From an uncultured Actinomycetota bacterium (GTDB taxonomy: Bacteria > Actinomycetota > Actinomycetes > JAFAQI01): a DNA stretch of 64,000 nucleotides. Positions 39,791 to 50,500 of this stretch are shown here, in pieces (positions within the stretch are counted from its first letter, which is position 1; the number at the start of each line of letters is the position of its first letter). The position numbers and the translations under genes were made by a program. The notes beneath the pieces were generated by a model. The model did no database searches and was not told where the DNA came from. It saw only the letters and a list, made by a program, of their open reading frames with translations. The DNA lies in contig CAVYQE010000001.1 in assembly GCA_963770565.1 (NCBI GenBank), positions 384,001-448,000 of the forward strand. Reading direction: 5' to 3'.

Positions 39791-41667
39791 CTATCCGACT
39801 GCTCTGTGCCTCTCGGAGCGCCGGCAACAGGGTCGACGCGACTGGTCCCCGCAGCGTCGGTGGCCCGATGCGGTTGCTCGTCCGAATGACTGCCGTGGAC
39901 GTGGTTGCTGTAAGCACGGAGGACGTCGCGGTGGGTGAGCCAGCCCGCAACCGCGGCACCCTCGATGACGGGTAACCCGGAGCGGTCGTTGGTGATGAGC
40001 ACGCGAAGGGCGTCCTCCAGGGTCTGCTCGGCCCGGATTGTGGGCGTGAGTACCGCAAGGTCGCCGGCGGTGGCATCGACCGCATCGTCACGGGCACCGG
40101 CCTCGAGCTGTGCCGAGGTGACGGTTCCTCGGTACCGCCCATCGGGGTCAATGACTGGCAGGGCGTCGGCGTCCTCGCCGTCGAAGCGGTCGATGATCTC
40201 GGCCAGCGGCGTGGCCTGCGCGAGCGGGTTCGGTACGGGTCGCATCGCGTCACGGACCGTCAGGATGGTCATGACGTTCGTGGCGCGGCTGCGCATGATG
40301 TCGATGCCCCGCCGGCGGAGCTTGAGGGTGTAGATGGTGTCGGCGGAGAGCAGGTTCGACATGCCGGCGGCGAGCACGATCGCGGCCATCAGCGGCAGGA
40401 CGATCCGGTAGTCGGCGGTCAGCTCGAAGATGATTAGTACGGCGGTGATCGGGGCGCGCGCGGCACCGGCGAACACGGCACCCATGCCGATCAGCCCGTA
40501 GGCGCCAGCGGGTCCGGCCACACCGGGGAACAGCATGTGCGCGAGGTCGCCGAGTGCCGTGCCGAGCATCGCTCCCATAAACAGAGACGGTGCGAACACC
40601 CCGCCGGAGCCACCGATGGCGATGGTGAGGCAGACGGCGAGCAGCTTCCCGGCGAGGAGCAGGATGAGGAAACCACCGTGGTAGTGCCCTTCGATTCCGG
40701 CTTCGAGCACCGGGTAGCCGACGCCGTACATCTGCGGGAGCGCGAGCAGCAGCCCGCCGAGCAGCACCCCCCCGGTGGCAGGCCGCAGCCACATCGGGCC
40801 AGGCCACCACCGGTCGAACAGGTCCTCCATCCCATAGAGCGCCCGGATGAACGCCACGCCGACAAACGCCGCGACCAGACCGAGTAGGGCGTAGAGGAGG
40901 TAGTCCCACCCGGAGGTGACGGTGAAGCCCGGCAGCGCCAGGAAGGCCGCGTTACCGAACGCCGCGCGCCCGATCACGTCCGCGGTAACCGACGACAACA
41001 CCACGATTCCAAAGGACTCGGTGGCGAAGTCGCGCAGGATCATCTCGAGGCCGAAGAAGACACCGGCGAGCGGCGCGTTGAACGTCGCCGAGATTCCGCC
41101 GGCTGCCCCGCAGGCCACCATCAGCCGCAGCCGGCTCTCCGGAAGCCGCAGCCGTTGGCCGATCGTGGATCCGAGCGCCGAGCCGATCTGCACGATCGGG
41201 CCCTCCCGACCCACGGACCCGCCGGTGCCGATGCACAGCGCCGAGGCGAGGGACTTGACCACCGCGACGCCCGGTCCGATCCGCCCGCCGCGTTCCGCGA
41301 CCGCGAGCATGACCTCGGGGACGCCGTGGCCGCGGGCCTCTTTCGCGAACCGGTCGATCAGTGGTCCGTAGATCAGGCCGCCGATCACCGGGACCAGCAG
41401 CACGAAGTAGACTCCGAGCCCGGGAAAGTGCGGGCTGCCGACCCGACCGGCGTTGCTGTAGTCGTGCCTGCCGGTCGCGAGCTCGGTCACCCAGAGGATG
41501 AGGTAGCGGAACAGCACGGCGCCGGCACCGGCGCCCGCACCGACCAGGAGGCCGAGCGGGACGAGCCCGAACGCCGATCCGCGGACCCAGTCGAACGCCG
41601 TGTCCCGAAGATCACTCGGCAACGGCAGCCTGACGGTGGGCGTCCAGATCCGTCGCTGCTCGCTCAC
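39757..41667 (-). CDS. ClC chloride channel/antiporter with CBS pair
   Basis: GHGVPE, GGSVGREGP, FNAPLAG, GGSGGVFAPSL, IFELT, IYTLKL, C-terminal CBS domains. Confidence 0.95.
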   Translation of the reverse strand: MSEQRRIWTPTVRLPLPSDLRDTAFDWVRGSAFGLVPLGLLVGAGAGAGAVLFRYLILWVTELATGRHDYSNAGRVGSPHFPGLGVYFVLLVPVIGGLIYGPLIDRFAKEARGHGVPEVMLAVAERGGRIGPGVAVVKSLASALCIGTGGSVGREGPIVQIGSALGSTIGQRLRLPESRLRLMVACGAAGGISATFNAPLAGVFFGLEMILRDFATESFGIVVLSSVTADVIGRAAFGNAAFLALPGFTVTSGWDYLLYALLGLVAAFVGVAFIRALYGMEDLFDRWWPGPMWLRPATGGVLLGGLLLALPQMYGVGYPVLEAGIEGHYHGGFLILLLAGKLLAVCLTIAIGGSGGVFAPSLFMGAMLGTALGDLAHMLFPGVAGPAGAYGLIGMGAVFAGAARAPITAVLIIFELTADYRIVLPLMAAIVLAAGMSNLLSADTIYTLKLRRRGIDIMRSRATNVMTILTVRDAMRPVPNPLAQATPLAEIIDRFDGEDADALPVIDPDGRYRGTVTSAQLEAGARDDAVDATAGDLAVLTPTIRAEQTLEDALRVLITNDRSGLPVIEGAAVAGWLTHRDVLRAYSNHVHGSHSDEQPHRATDAAGTSRVDPVAGAPRGTEQSDSCTDSGVRSRA

Positions 41668-42143
41668 AGCGCCATGCCGAGCGCCAACGTGCGTTCCGGC
41701 GCCTCACCCGCGGCGGCGTTGAACACCCGCAGGGCATCAATCAGCCGCAGCTGCTCAGCCGCCGGGATTCTGGCCAGCACCCGGCGCAGCTCACGACGCC
41801 GTCGGTTCGTGACCTCGCTGACCAGTGCCCGTCCGTCCGCCGACAGGCGCAACTCGACCTCGCGCCGGTCACTGTCGCGATGAATTCGCTCCACCAGTTC
41901 TTTGCGGACCAACCGGTCGCACATCCGGGTGGCAGTGGACGGGCTGACGTCCAGCGCGTCGGCCAGGTCGACCGGCCGCAGCCGGTCACGGCTGGCAAGG
42001 ACTACCAGCGCCCGGTACTGAGGAAGTGTCACCTGGTCCTCAACCTGCGCAAGCGAGCGAGCCGCGATCGCCACCAAAGCACGGCTCGCCGTTACCAGCA
42101 GATCGGTGGCCGAATCCGACCCCGCAGCCCCAGTTCGCTCCAT
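41664..42143 (-). CDS. MarR family transcriptional regulator
   Basis: VTLPQYRALVVL, LADALDVSPSTATRMCDRLV, DRREVELRLS. Confidence 0.93.
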   Translation of the reverse strand: MERTGAAGSDSATDLLVTASRALVAIAARSLAQVEDQVTLPQYRALVVLASRDRLRPVDLADALDVSPSTATRMCDRLVRKELVERIHRDSDRREVELRLSADGRALVSEVTNRRRRELRRVLARIPAAEQLRLIDALRVFNAAAGEAPERTLALGMAL

Positions 42144-42363
42144 CCCAGCATTATTGCACTACAGCAATAAATGTGCCTGGGCAGTGTTTAGTGAGCATCA
42201 ACGATAGGGAACGGATGAGGGGTGATCTCCATTGTCGGACCGGGATACGGAGGCGGCGTAACCGTGATACCGAAAGGGCACCCGATCGGGCGCTGGACCC
42301 GCGGCCCCCTGCAAACCGCACGTTCTCAGACCGACCTCACCGTAGGCGTCGGCGTCAGCGATT

Positions 42364-42726
42364 TTGTCCATACGCATCGCAGGACCTCGTGCCGTGCCAA
42401 CTAACCCTGGCTCCCCGAGCGCCTCGGCACATGCGACAACCGGCCCACAGTGGGCGTGCGTCGCACTTATCGCCGCAGGCGCGGTGATCAGCGGCATCGC
42501 CCTGATCGAGTGGGTATGGCCCGCGTTCTGGACGGGCATCGGAGTAGTCGTCGCTGGAGCCGCGCTCGCCGCGAGGCTCGGAATCATGGAAGCGGTCAGC
42601 GAGTGGAAGCCCCCGGATAGCCGGTCAGAACCTGAAGCGAGTCGTGGCGGCGATCTTTATCCAGATCCGAGCCGTCGGCCGCGGGTGCCGAACCGCCTCG
42701 GACAAGAAGGGCAGCGTGGGAGTTGA
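42364..42726 (+). CDS. Small membrane protein (two TM helices); start uncertain
   Basis: WACVALIAAGAVISGIALIEW..FWTGIGVVVAGAALA. Confidence 0.5.
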   Translation: MSIRIAGPRAVPTNPGSPSASAHATTGPQWACVALIAAGAVISGIALIEWVWPAFWTGIGVVVAGAALAARLGIMEAVSEWKPPDSRSEPEASRGGDLYPDPSRRPRVPNRLGQEGQRGS

Positions 42727-42727
42727 G

Positions 42728-43246
42728 ATGTTCGCGTTCACCGAGACCATCGAAGTAGTTGCGCCGAAGCACTCCGTGTGGGACTTGATGTGTGACATCC
42801 GCGAATGGTGGCCGCCGTCCAACCCTGAACACGAAAGCCTGGACTTTCTCGATGGCAGCAGCGAGATCGGCGTAGGCACCAGACTCCGAATCCGCGAGCG
42901 GGTCGCCGGGGTCCCCGGTGAGGCAGTCGGCACGATCACCCGCTTCGAGGTCGGCGATGAGGTCACCTGGGAGGCCCCCGAAGCCCGATACCGTCTGTTC
43001 GGCGTACCCGTCATGGTCGCCGAGGGCGTGACTTGGACCTTTGTGGCGCGAGGATCGCGGACCCAGGTCAGTGCGCACGTATGGTCGGCTCTTCCGCATC
43101 GCTGGCTTGGCCGGATTCTCGAGTGGGGGTTCAAGCTGCTCGGTGGGGTCGACAAAGATCGCAAGCACGCCCGCCAGGAGCTCGCGTATCTGAAACAGCG
43201 CATCGAAATGGGCGCGCCCTCTCGCGAGGACACCGCTCCGCCGTGA
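42728..43246 (+). CDS. SRPBCC (polyketide cyclase-like) family protein
   Basis: FTETIEVVAPKHSVWD..W; C-terminal helix RQELAYLKQRIE. Confidence 0.8.
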   Translation: MFAFTETIEVVAPKHSVWDLMCDIREWWPPSNPEHESLDFLDGSSEIGVGTRLRIRERVAGVPGEAVGTITRFEVGDEVTWEAPEARYRLFGVPVMVAEGVTWTFVARGSRTQVSAHVWSALPHRWLGRILEWGFKLLGGVDKDRKHARQELAYLKQRIEMGAPSREDTAPP

Positions 43247-43369
43247 GACCGCCGCACCGCCTCACGCCGAGTCGCGGGAGGCGTGGCGCTGCCAGGGGAG
43301 ATCCGACGAGGCGATGCCGCATCTAGCAAGAAGGCGGCTCACCTCGACAGAGAACAACGGAGGTTTGCC

Positions 43370-45166
43370 ATGGGCGACACGGTCGCGGACCGGTTACTGG
43401 AACGGCTGCGGGAATGGGGTGTGCCGCAGGTTTTTGGGTATCCGGGTGACGGGATCAACGGGCTGCTCGCGGCCTGGGGCCGGGCGGAGAATGAGCCGCA
43501 GTTCGTGCAGTCCCGGCATGAGGAGATGTCGGCGTTCGAGGCGGTGGGCTACGCCAAGTTCTCCGGCAGGGTGGGCGTGTGCGCGGCGACCAGCGGCCCC
43601 GGCGCGGTGCATCTGCTCAACGGTCTGTACGACGCGAAACTCGACCACGTCCCGGTCGTGGCGATCGTCGGACAGACCGAACGTTCGGCGATGGGAGGGT
43701 CCTATCAGCAGGAGATCGACCTGCTCACGCTGTTCAAGGACGTATGCAGCGACTACGTGCAGATGTGCACCGTGCCGGAGCAGTTGCCGAACCTGCTCGA
43801 CCGCGCGATCCGCGTCGCGCTGACCGAGCATGCGCCGACTTGCTTGATCTTCCCCTCCGACGTCCTCGAGCTGCCCTACGAGCCGCCCGGCCATGCGTTC
43901 AAGCAAGTGCCGTCAAGCCTTGGGATCCGGACGGCGACTGCGACTGCGGACACGGAGGGCGTCCGCGCCGCCGCCGACCTGCTCAACGCCGGCGAGAAGG
44001 TCGCGATCCTCATCGGTCAGGGCGCCCGTGACGCCGCCGATGAAGTGGTCCAGGTCGCGGATCTGCTCGGCGCCGGTGTCGCGAAAGCGCTGCTCGGCAA
44101 AGACGTTCTGCCGGACGACCTGCCATTCGTCACGGGCTCGATCGGCCTGCTCGGTACGACCGCCAGCTACCTGCTGATGCGCGACTGCGACACCTTGCTG
44201 ACGGTGGGATCCAACTTCCCGTACACGCAGTTCTTGCCGGAGTTGGATCAGGCCCGGGCAGTGCAGATCGACCGGGACGGCAAGTGGATCGGGATGCGCT
44301 ACCCCTACGACGTGAACCTCGTCGGCGACGCCACGACGACGCTGCGGGCGCTGCTCCCGCTCCTGCAGCGCAAGACGGACCGATCCTGGCGGGAGCAGGT
44401 CGAGAGCAACGTGGCCGAGTGGTGGCATACCGGCGAGCGTCGCGCCATGACCGACGCCGACCCGATCAACCCGATGCGGATCGTGCACGAGCTGTCCGAG
44501 CGGCTGCCGGACAACGCGATCGTCGCGGCCGACTCCGGCTCCGCCGCGAACTGGTACGCCCGGCACCTGAAGATCCGAGGACAGGTCCGCGGCTCACTGT
44601 CCGGCACGCTGGCCACTATGGGCCCTGGGGTGCCGTACGTGATCGGCGCGAAATGGGCGCATCCGGACCGGCCATCAATCGCGCTGGTCGGTGACGGTGC
44701 GATGCAGATGAACGGCCTGGCGGAGCTGATCACTGTCAAGCACTACTGGCGGCAGTGGGCCGACCCTCGGCTGATCGTCGCGATCCTTCACAACGACGAC
44801 CTCAACCAGGTCACCTGGGAGATGCGTGCCATGGAGAGCTCACCGAAGTTCGCCGCCTCCCAGTCGTTGCCGGATGTCGACTACGCCGCGTTCGCCCGCA
44901 GCCTGGGACTCGGGGGAATCAACGTCGAGAAGACCGATGAGATCGGTACAGCGTGGGACGAGGCGCTCGCCGCCGACCGGCCCACTGTGTTGGACATCCG
45001 CTGTGACCCGGACGTGCCGCCGATCCCGCCGCACGCCACGTTCGAGCAGGCCAAGTCGGTCGGGATGGCTGTGCTGTTCGGCGACGAGGACCGGTGGGGG
45101 TTCGTCAAGCAAGGGCTCAAACAGAAGGTGCAGCAGTACCTGCCCGGTAGCAAGGAGGACTCATGA
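43370..45166 (+). CDS. Thiamine-pyrophosphate-requiring enzyme (PoxB-like)
   Basis: FGYPGDGING, RHEEMSAF, TSGPGAVHLLNGLYDAK, SGTLATMG, VGDGAMQMNG. Confidence 0.93.
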   Translation: MGDTVADRLLERLREWGVPQVFGYPGDGINGLLAAWGRAENEPQFVQSRHEEMSAFEAVGYAKFSGRVGVCAATSGPGAVHLLNGLYDAKLDHVPVVAIVGQTERSAMGGSYQQEIDLLTLFKDVCSDYVQMCTVPEQLPNLLDRAIRVALTEHAPTCLIFPSDVLELPYEPPGHAFKQVPSSLGIRTATATADTEGVRAAADLLNAGEKVAILIGQGARDAADEVVQVADLLGAGVAKALLGKDVLPDDLPFVTGSIGLLGTTASYLLMRDCDTLLTVGSNFPYTQFLPELDQARAVQIDRDGKWIGMRYPYDVNLVGDATTTLRALLPLLQRKTDRSWREQVESNVAEWWHTGERRAMTDADPINPMRIVHELSERLPDNAIVAADSGSAANWYARHLKIRGQVRGSLSGTLATMGPGVPYVIGAKWAHPDRPSIALVGDGAMQMNGLAELITVKHYWRQWADPRLIVAILHNDDLNQVTWEMRAMESSPKFAASQSLPDVDYAAFARSLGLGGINVEKTDEIGTAWDEALAADRPTVLDIRCDPDVPPIPPHATFEQAKSVGMAVLFGDEDRWGFVKQGLKQKVQQYLPGSKEDS

Positions 45167-45651
45167 GGGTTCCGACCGTTCTGCGCCGGTCGGCATCCTC
45201 AACAGCGATCGGTATCGATCGGCTGATCGGCGTCGTTCAGACCGGCCGGTTCGAACGCAGCCTGGCGGCGCTGACCGCCGCCGGAGCTGTGATCACGACC
45301 GCCGAGATTTACACCGAGCACGACTCGGCCAGTTTCGGCAACCGGATGATGTGGTGGCCGATCGTGATCGTGCCGACCCTGGTCCCGAGCGGTGTCGCCG
45401 CCGTCCTGTCCCGACGGGCCGCGAAGACCGTCCTACCTCTGGCTTCTGCGGTTGTCGTCGCGAACGGTCTGCAAGGCACCTACCTGCACGCCCGCGGGAT
45501 CGGGCAGAAGCCGGGCGGCTGGCGGTTCGCGGCGTACAACCTGGAGATGGGTCCGCCGTTGTTCGCGCCGCTACTGGCCGCGATGGTCGGCGGGATGGGG
45601 CTGCTCGCCTCCGTCCTGCGCCGTGAAGAAGACCCGGCGGTTCCCGCCTGA
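45163..45651 (+). CDS. Membrane protein, possibly anchor for the GMC dehydrogenase
   Basis: Four TM segments, GTYLHARG, GPPLFAPL. Confidence 0.7.
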   Translation: MRVPTVLRRSASSTAIGIDRLIGVVQTGRFERSLAALTAAGAVITTAEIYTEHDSASFGNRMMWWPIVIVPTLVPSGVAAVLSRRAAKTVLPLASAVVVANGLQGTYLHARGIGQKPGGWRFAAYNLEMGPPLFAPLLAAMVGGMGLLASVLRREEDPAVPA

Positions 45652-46361
45652 TGCCCTACCGCAGCCCGAACCAGCGGGCGGTGACCCCGCAGAATCGCGG
45701 CCGGTTCCCCGGCTTCGACGTGCTCGACGAGGCCGACCGGTGGGACGACGTCACCGCTGGTGTCGTCCTTGCCCGCCTCGCGCCGATCACCGAACTGTCC
45801 TTCTTCACCCAAGCCGAGAACGCCACCGCCACCGCCCTGTGCGACCTGCTCCTCGCTCAGGACGGGGAGCCGCGGGTTCCGGTCGTCGCGCTGATCGACT
45901 CCCGGCTCGCCCTCGGTGAGACCGATGGCTGGCACTACGACGACATGCCCGAAGACGGCCAAGCCTGGCGCGACACCCTGCGGCTCCTGGACGAGGACGC
46001 GCATGATCTGGCGGGAGTTCCGTTCGCTCAGCTCGACCGCCACTATCAGGTCAGCGTCGTGCAGCACGTGCAGGATCTCGCGACGGATTCCGCGACCTGG
46101 CACGAGCTACCGGCAAGCCACGTGTGGAGCATGTGGACTCGGTACGCGACGACAGCCTTCTACTCCCATCCCTGGGCGTGGAACGAGATCGGGTTCGGCG
46201 GCCCCGCCTACCCCCGCGGCTACAAGAATCGCGGCGTCGACCGCCGGGAACACTGGGAGGTCACCGACCACGACGACAGTGACCCGGTGCCCGTCGCCGA
46301 TCGCGTCGAACAAGCCCGCCGCAGCCATGCCGAACTGTTCCAGCGCCGGGACCAAGCGTGA
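45651..46361 (+). CDS. Gluconate 2-dehydrogenase subunit 3 family protein
   Basis: FAQLD..Q; AFYSHPWAWNEIGFGGPAYPRGY. Confidence 0.85.
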   Translation: MPYRSPNQRAVTPQNRGRFPGFDVLDEADRWDDVTAGVVLARLAPITELSFFTQAENATATALCDLLLAQDGEPRVPVVALIDSRLALGETDGWHYDDMPEDGQAWRDTLRLLDEDAHDLAGVPFAQLDRHYQVSVVQHVQDLATDSATWHELPASHVWSMWTRYATTAFYSHPWAWNEIGFGGPAYPRGYKNRGVDRREHWEVTDHDDSDPVPVADRVEQARRSHAELFQRRDQA

Positions 46362-48010
46362 GGCGCCGCCGGTTGGACCGCGACGACAACGTACGAGAGC
46401 GCAACAACTCAGCATGGCTCATCCCCAACGACGGCACCCGGACCAACCACCAACTGCGCAACGACATGCGCCGATACGACGAGGACGACGAGGTTGATCT
46501 CGTCGTCGTGGGAGCCGGTGCGGGCGGCGGCGTGCTCACCCAACGACTCGCCCGGCGGGGTTGGCGCGTCGTGACCTTCGACGCCGGTCCGTTCTGGGAT
46601 CCCGACGCCGACTGGGTGAGCGACGAGCGAGGCGCGCACCGCCTGTACTGGACCGAACCGCGCCAGATCGGCGGTGCCAACCCGGTGCCGCTCGGCTCGA
46701 ACAACTCCGGACGTGGCGTCGGCGGGTCGATGGTTCACTACGCCGGCTACACCCCCCGGTTTCACCCGTCGGACTTCCACACCGCCAGCACCGATGGCGT
46801 CGGTGCTGACTGGCCGATCGATTACACCGCGCTCAAGACCTACTACGAGCAGATCGAAGCCGAACTACCCGTCGCCGGCGAAGACTGGCCGTGGGGCGAC
46901 CCGCACACCTACCCCCATCACGCCCACCCGGTTGGCGGCAACGGGGAGATCTTCCAGCGCGGTGCCCACGCCCTCGGCATCCCGGTCCGGGTCGGGCCGG
47001 TCGCGATCACCAACGGCCGATTCGGCAACCGGCCACACTGCATCTACCGCGGCTTCTGCCTGCAAGGCTGCAAGGTCAACGCCAAAGCCAGCCCGCTGAT
47101 CACTCACATCCCCGACGGCCTCGCGCACGGCGCCGAGATCCGCCCCGACAGTCACGTCACCCGCATCCTGCTCGATGACCGCACCGGCCGGGCCACCGGA
47201 GTCAGCTACGTCCACCGCGGTGTCGAACATCGTCAGCGTGCACGACTGGTCGCCATCGCGGGCTACTCCATCGAAACCCCACGGCTGTTGCTGCTCAGCA
47301 CCTCGAAGCGCTGGCCGGACGGACTCGGCAATCACCACGACCAGGTCGGGCGCTACCTGATGGTCCAAGGTGCACCGCAGACCGCCGGGCGGTTCGAAGA
47401 GGAGATCCGGATGTACAAAGCGCCGCCGCCGGAGGTCAGCACCGAACACTTCTACGAGACCGACCCGGCCAAGCCCTACCAGCGCGGCTGGTCGATCCAG
47501 ACCGTCAGCCCGATGCCGATCACCTGGGCCGAGCACATCGGCGCCCAAGGGCACTGGGGCGAAACGCTGCGGGAGTACATGCGTGACTACGTGCACTGGG
47601 CCACCCTCGGCGCACTGTGCGAACTGCTGCCTCAGCCGGACAACCGGGTCACCCTCGCCGACGAGACCGACCGGCACGGACTGCCCGTCGCGCACTTCGC
47701 CTACACCCAGTGCGACAACGACAAGCAGCTGATCAAAGCCGCCACGGAGGTCATGAACGAGCTGCTCCACGCCGCGGGTGCCGAAGAGGTCATCACCATC
47801 GAGCGGTACGCCCACCTCGTCGGCGGTGCGCGGATGGCCAACCGACCCGAAGACGGCGCGGTCGACCGGAACCAACGGGTCTTCGGCACCGACAACGTCT
47901 ACCTCGCCGACGGCAGCGTGCTGCCGACACAGGGCTCGGCCAACCCGGCGTTAACGATCATGGCGCTCGCCGCGCGGCTCGCCGACCACCTCGCGGCCCG
48001 CCGCGGATGA
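46358..48010 (+). CDS. GMC family oxidoreductase
   Basis: VVGAGAGGG, GRGVGGSMVHY, CIYRGFCLQGC, HLVGGARM, ANPALTIMALA. Confidence 0.95.
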   Translation: MRRRRLDRDDNVRERNNSAWLIPNDGTRTNHQLRNDMRRYDEDDEVDLVVVGAGAGGGVLTQRLARRGWRVVTFDAGPFWDPDADWVSDERGAHRLYWTEPRQIGGANPVPLGSNNSGRGVGGSMVHYAGYTPRFHPSDFHTASTDGVGADWPIDYTALKTYYEQIEAELPVAGEDWPWGDPHTYPHHAHPVGGNGEIFQRGAHALGIPVRVGPVAITNGRFGNRPHCIYRGFCLQGCKVNAKASPLITHIPDGLAHGAEIRPDSHVTRILLDDRTGRATGVSYVHRGVEHRQRARLVAIAGYSIETPRLLLLSTSKRWPDGLGNHHDQVGRYLMVQGAPQTAGRFEEEIRMYKAPPPEVSTEHFYETDPAKPYQRGWSIQTVSPMPITWAEHIGAQGHWGETLREYMRDYVHWATLGALCELLPQPDNRVTLADETDRHGLPVAHFAYTQCDNDKQLIKAATEVMNELLHAAGAEEVITIERYAHLVGGARMANRPEDGAVDRNQRVFGTDNVYLADGSVLPTQGSANPALTIMALAARLADHLAARRG

Positions 48011-49125
48011 ACGACAGCGGAGCACCCATCACCGCGGTCCGCACGACGGTCCGCGAGTTCCCGACCGCACAGCCGGAAAGCGACGGCACGTTGACCTGGA
48101 CCTCCACTACCGCCGTGATCGCGCAGGTCGTCGCCGGCGGTCACACCGGCCTCGGATGGACCTACAGCTCACCGGCCGCCGCCAGCATCATCACCGACAA
48201 GCTCACCCCGGCAATCAACGGTCGTGACGCCTTCGACACACCCGCAGCTTGGGAGGCGATGGTCCGCATCTGCCGCAACCTGGGCCGTCCCGGCGTCGTC
48301 TCCCAGGCCGTCGCCGCCGTCGACATCGCAATGTGGGACCTCAAAGCCCGGCTCCTCGACCTCCCGCTGCACCAGCTGTTCGGCGCAGCCCGCGACAGCA
48401 TCCCGGTCTACGGCAGTGGCGGCTTCACCAACCTCACCGACGTCCAGCTCGAGGAGCAGGTCGCCGGATGGCTGGCCGCCGGATGCACGGGAGTGAAGAT
48501 CAAAGTCGCTCAAGACTGGGGACAGGCGATCCGGCGTGACCTGCAGCGCGTCGGACTGGTCCGGTCCTGGATCTCCGACGACATCCAGCTCATGGTCGAC
48601 GCGAACGGCGGCTACACCTGCGAGCAAGCAGCGCGTGTGGGCGCCGCCTACGACGACCTCGGCGTCGTGTGGTTCGAAGAGCCCGTCAGCTCCGACAACC
48701 TCGACAGCCTCAGCCGGCTCCGCGACCGGCTGCGCTGCGACATCACGGCCGGTGAGTACGCCGACTCGGTGCAGTACGTGCAACGGATGTGCGCGGCTGG
48801 CGCTGTCGACTGCCTCCAGATCGACGTCACCCGCTGCGCCGGTTATACCGAATGGCTGCGCTGCGCGGCCATCGCCGCCTCCTATGACCTGCAGGTCAGC
48901 GCCCACTGTGCGCCCGCCCTGCACGCGCCCATCGCCGCTGCCATCCCCAACCTGCGACACGTCGAATGGTTCGCCGACCATGCCCACCTCGAACCCCAAC
49001 TCGTCGACGGCGCCCCCGCGGTGACCCACGGCGTCATGCGCATGACCAACGAACCGGGCCACGGCATGGTCCTGCGCGACTCGCCCCGACACGGACCAGA
49101 CATCACCCGAGCACACAGGAGTTGA
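48007..49125 (+). CDS. Mandelate racemase/muconate-lactonizing enzyme (enolase superfamily)
   Basis: AVDIAMWDLKAR, PVYGSGGF, VKIKV, MVDANG, WFEEP, AGE, SAHC. Confidence 0.92.
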   Translation: MNDSGAPITAVRTTVREFPTAQPESDGTLTWTSTTAVIAQVVAGGHTGLGWTYSSPAAASIITDKLTPAINGRDAFDTPAAWEAMVRICRNLGRPGVVSQAVAAVDIAMWDLKARLLDLPLHQLFGAARDSIPVYGSGGFTNLTDVQLEEQVAGWLAAGCTGVKIKVAQDWGQAIRRDLQRVGLVRSWISDDIQLMVDANGGYTCEQAARVGAAYDDLGVVWFEEPVSSDNLDSLSRLRDRLRCDITAGEYADSVQYVQRMCAAGAVDCLQIDVTRCAGYTEWLRCAAIAASYDLQVSAHCAPALHAPIAAAIPNLRHVEWFADHAHLEPQLVDGAPAVTHGVMRMTNEPGHGMVLRDSPRHGPDITRAHRS

Positions 49126-49130
49126 GAACC

Positions 49131-50135
49131 ATGCCCCGCATCATCGCCGTCACCGGCGCCAGCGCCGGGATCGGACGGGCCACCGCGACAGCGTTCGGCG
49201 CCCGCGGAGACACCGTCGCCCTGCTCGCCCGCGGAGAGGCGGGTCTCGCAGCCGCGGCCCGCGACGTCGAAAGCGCCGGCGGCACGGCGCTCGCGATCCC
49301 GGTCGACGTCGCCGACTCCGTCGCGGTGTTCGACGCCGTGAAACGCATCGAAGCCGAGCTGGGCGGGATCGAGGTGTGGGTGAACGTCGCGTTCACCTCG
49401 GTGTTCTCCCCCTTCGACCAGATCACCCCGCAGGAATACCAGCGCGCCACCGAAGTCAGCTACCTCGGCTACGTGTACACCACGATGGCCGCGCTCGGCG
49501 TGATGAAGCCCCGTGATCACGGCACGATCGTGCAGGTCGGCTCCGCCCTCGCCTACCGGGGCATCCCGCTGCAGACCGCGTACTGCGGTGCCAAGCACGC
49601 CATCCAGGGGTTCCACGAGTCGCTGCGATGCGAACTGTTGCACGAGAAAAGCAACGTGCGGGTCACGATGGTGCAGATGCCGGCTGTCAACACACCGCAG
49701 TTCTCCTGGGTGCTGTCCCGGCTGCCGAAGCATCCTCAGCCGGTACCGCCGATCTACCAGCCGGAAGTCGCCGCAAAAGGCGTGCTCTACGCCGCAGACC
49801 ACCCCCGGCGCCGCGAGTATTGGGTCGGCGCGTCCACCATGGGGACACTGGCCGCGAACGCGCTCGCGCCCGGCCTACTGGACCGTTATCTCGCTCGGAC
49901 CGGCTTCGCCTCACAACAGACCGACGAACCCCCGCCGTCAGATGCTCCGGTCAACCTGTGGGAGCCCGCTGACAGCGATCACGGTAAGGACTTCGGTGCT
50001 CGCGGAGCCTTCGATAGCCGCGCCCACCGCAGCGACCCGCAGTTGTGGGCCTCCCAGCATCACGGTCTGCTTGGCGCGCTGGTCGCTGGCGTCGGGGTGA
50101 CCGTCGGCGCCGGATGGTGGGCGCGGCGGCGATGA
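49131..50135 (+). CDS. SDR family oxidoreductase
   Basis: TGASAGIG, YCGAK (YxxxK), MPAVNTP. Confidence 0.93.
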   Translation: MPRIIAVTGASAGIGRATATAFGARGDTVALLARGEAGLAAAARDVESAGGTALAIPVDVADSVAVFDAVKRIEAELGGIEVWVNVAFTSVFSPFDQITPQEYQRATEVSYLGYVYTTMAALGVMKPRDHGTIVQVGSALAYRGIPLQTAYCGAKHAIQGFHESLRCELLHEKSNVRVTMVQMPAVNTPQFSWVLSRLPKHPQPVPPIYQPEVAAKGVLYAADHPRRREYWVGASTMGTLAANALAPGLLDRYLARTGFASQQTDEPPPSDAPVNLWEPADSDHGKDFGARGAFDSRAHRSDPQLWASQHHGLLGALVAGVGVTVGAGWWARRR

Positions 50136-50500
50136 CCACCGCTTCCATCGCTGTGGCGGCGTTTCGTGCCTGTGCCGTTGAACGTGCCGTCGCCGGACTG
50201 ACGCTGCTGAGCAAGCCCGACGCCGTCAGCAGGCTGATCGCCCCGGCGCCGACAACCGCGCCACCCACCTGGCTTTCGCGAGCGCTGGGCGCAAGGCTGC
50301 TGGCCCAAGCCCTCGTCGAGTACGCCCGGCCGACCCGGCACGTGGCACTCGCCGGCGCGGCTATCGACGCGACCCATGCCGGCAGCATGATTCCGCTCGC
50401 GGCGAGTCACCCGGCGTACCGGCGGGTTGCGGCGGCAAGCGCCCTGGAGGCCGCCGCAGCAGCCGTCGTTGCCGGCCTCGTGGCAAGGCGCCTGCCGTGA
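50132..50500 (+). CDS. Small membrane protein
   Basis: RALGARLLAQA..IDATHAGSM; stop/start overlaps with both neighbours. Confidence 0.7.
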   Translation: MTTASIAVAAFRACAVERAVAGLTLLSKPDAVSRLIAPAPTTAPPTWLSRALGARLLAQALVEYARPTRHVALAGAAIDATHAGSMIPLAASHPAYRRVAAASALEAAAAAVVAGLVARRLP

